Source of the DNA: Amoebidium appalachense
Lineage: Eukaryota > Protista > Ichthyosporea
Direction of reading: 5' to 3'
Assembly: GCA_963693365.1 (NCBI GenBank)
Contig: CAVNZM010000002.1
Span: 1,686,415-1,750,414 of the forward strand
Length of the DNA: 64,000 nucleotides
Shown here: piece after piece, positions 61,766 through 64,000 of the stretch
Position numbering within the stretch: position 1 is the stretch's first letter
Layout of the letters: the number at the start of each line of letters is the position of its first letter
The notes under the pieces: model-generated
Database searches by the model: none
Told to the model about the DNA's origin: nothing
Seen by the model: only the letters and a program-made list of their open reading frames with translations
Position numbers and translations under genes: made by a program

Positions 61766-62520
61766 CTACTCAAACAACTCAAACAACTCACATGGCTCGT
61801 GTGTTCTGAAGACTGTGACAATGTGATCACCAAGCAGAAACCTGAACTGAAACGGGTTCACCGCAAAAGAGATAGGTGTTAGATAGTTGCCGTCGATCTC
61901 CGCTATCGAATCCAGTGCATGTGCACACACACACCATGTTCCCCCAAACTTGTCAAATTTACCATTCAACTGAGCCACGAACAAATCCCAACGAGGCTCC
62001 GTTTCTACCGTGACATATAAGCCTCCAATGCCCATGCTTTTATGTTTAGCCGGGCCCGCCGTGTTTCCGTCCGTTGAAGAAAGAATCGTGAACGGATGGT
62101 CCTTTGGTTTGGAGTTTGCTTCTTGGTTTTCTTTTCCAGGCCCAGAGAGCAAGCTAACCAAACCAGGAAGTCGGTAATATCTGGCTTCACGCAACAGAGA
62201 CAGTTTGATGTACTTGGGGAGGGATTTCAAAATGCCGTGCAATTCCACCGAGTTAGCTTCACGCATATAATCGAGCAAATAGTTAAAATGTGTGCCGTTC
62301 TGTCAACGCCAAACAAATCCGCCTCCTGGAATTCTTGTTCGGAGAGTGCGAGTAGTTCGGTCGCCAAGCGAGAATCAGGAATACTGGTTAGAGTTTTGAG
62401 TGAGGTCTCGAACGGAGTTCCGCCAACGCTAAGCTTCACCTTTGTTCTTTGACGGCGCCGCTGGGCTGGGTCTGGTTGTGGGCCCTCTTCGGCGTCGGAA
62501 AGCCTCGCAGAGCGCTTCAA
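61766..62520 (-). pseudogene. KCTD-type BTB/POZ protein, intronless, with one frameshift and no clean ATG (pseudogene or sequence error)
   Basis: VKLSVGGTPFETSLKTLTSIPDSRLA...VDRTAHI in one frame continues as (F)NYLLDYMRE...LLREARYYRLPGL in another. Adding one base in the A4 run 62285-62288 joins them. The start reads ATTG AAG instead of ATG AAG. Confidence 0.8.
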
Positions 62521-62846
62521 TTATATGTAGGGGGTGAAAAAACTCAGTTGTCAAACAAACGGTTGTGTCTCCGGCACAGACAGAGTGGCAGACTGACCGT
62601 TTTCGACCTCTTTACGAAGCGGCCTTCGAACTTGACTGAGTTCCAACTTCCAACTTCCAAGTCGAATCGTCATCTGATGTGAGCCATGTGATTGGCTGAA
62701 AAATAAACGCAGAGCTACCATATATGGTAAATTTCAATAATTCTTTGCGTTGATTGGTCCAAGAGCAAACACTAAAATAATGATGTCCAGGCTCCCCGGC
62801 GTCCAGCAACTTGCGGCGTCACATTGGCAGTCTAAGTCACGGTCAG

Positions 62847-62985
62847 TCACTGTTCAGACTCGCTGCCACCCGCCTTGCTCCTCTTGTCTGCATGAGCAAA
62901 CTCTGAAGGGGCGATATATACAAGCAAAGAGTTGTACCATAGCACTAGGTTGAAGAATGACAGAAGCTCAAGGATGCCTGCGGGT

Positions 62986-63031
<46 letters not shown>

Positions 63032-64000
63032 CCGTCTCACCCCCACACCCTTCCGTCCTGCCTCCCTCTCATCCGTTTGCCAACCCGTGTCCAAGTGAAC
63101 CCTTCTATCTGTATTTCCGGGCCGGTAGCCGAGTATTCGCTATTTTTCGTCTTATTCCGTCTAAACGCACAAACAGGCACGCGCACGCACGCATGAACAA
63201 ACGCACATACACATCTGTACACACAAAGACACGAACACACACACGCAAATGCGCAGACGCACACGCATGCACGCACGACGCACACCTCTGTTCATTGATA
63301 TACGCTCAAACATACACGGCCACAGACAAATGCACACACGCCTCAAGCAATCCATGCAAGCACTGTTGCACATCAACCTGCGTCACCCGAGCGCCTGCAG
63401 ACCCACGGAGCACATATATGCACACACACACGACCGAGCAGACACCCCATCACACACACCCCCACCCATGACCATGCCCATCTTACGCCATTACTCACCC
63501 CACACAGAGAAATGCTTAAGAACACACGTACACGCAAGCACACGTACTCGCACTCAAACATGCACAGACACACACACACACACCCTCAAACACAATCTCA
63601 AGCACACTCAAAGTAGATCTATCGATGCCCCCGCCTCCCTCCCCCCCCCCCCTCTCCCCCCCGGGCCCCCCTCTCCCCCCTCCCCCCACACACACTTACC
63701 CCAGAACACGTGCAGGTATAGAATTAAAACCATGATGCAGAAAGCTGGAAGTTTTTTAAACACAAACACAGTGCCACACTACATACGTACACGTACCAGC
63801 TACTAATCACACCCATGATCCATGGCAAGTTGCCCCATGACTGCATGACCCATATATGACATGTCATAGTCCATACATAGCAACACTGTCTAAAGCTATC
63901 TATCTGACAATCATCAACACCATTATTACAAGCCAACCTTGACATGTTACCAATACATCTTGGACCCAGGCCCATGCCATGCACCGTACTTTGATCTTGA
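62847..64000 (-). CDS. Possible 3' exons of a spliced gene entering from beyond the window end
   Basis: Exon-like islands with splice signals: TTCCAG|...TGG|GTAAGT at ~63743-63699, an island at ~63395-63342, and an open terminal segment ~62978-62847 after CCGCAG. Product not recognised. Confidence 0.3.

Overview
Eukaryotic nuclear DNA, probably a microbial opisthokont (inferred from CTRAY branch points, an SRSF4/5/6-type gene and chytrid/giant-virus-style ankyrin repeats). The window is saturated with C/G homopolymers and (CA/GT)n and (GA/CT)n microsatellites, so most ORFs in the supplied track are artefacts. I reconstructed three complete, phase-consistent intron-rich genes by hand: a 15-exon single-module paladin-like phosphatase with a mitochondrial-type N-terminus (18201-30599), an 8-exon Trm10 tRNA methyltransferase (44029-50648) and an 8-exon SR splicing factor (54055-59682). 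Five intronless genes lie between them: a membrane protein, a frameshifted MYND protein, an unknown helical protein, an F-box/ankyrin protein and a frameshifted BTB protein. There are also several weaker spliced or degenerate gene candidates and small transposon relics. Most notable are (1) introns whose splice sites directly abut homopolymers or microsatellites and often lack normal donor or polypyrimidine consensus, (2) a candidate poison exon in the SWQ|DLKD intron of the SR gene, and (3) a MITE whose interior copies its own flank. All gene models are manual and unvalidated by RNA data.
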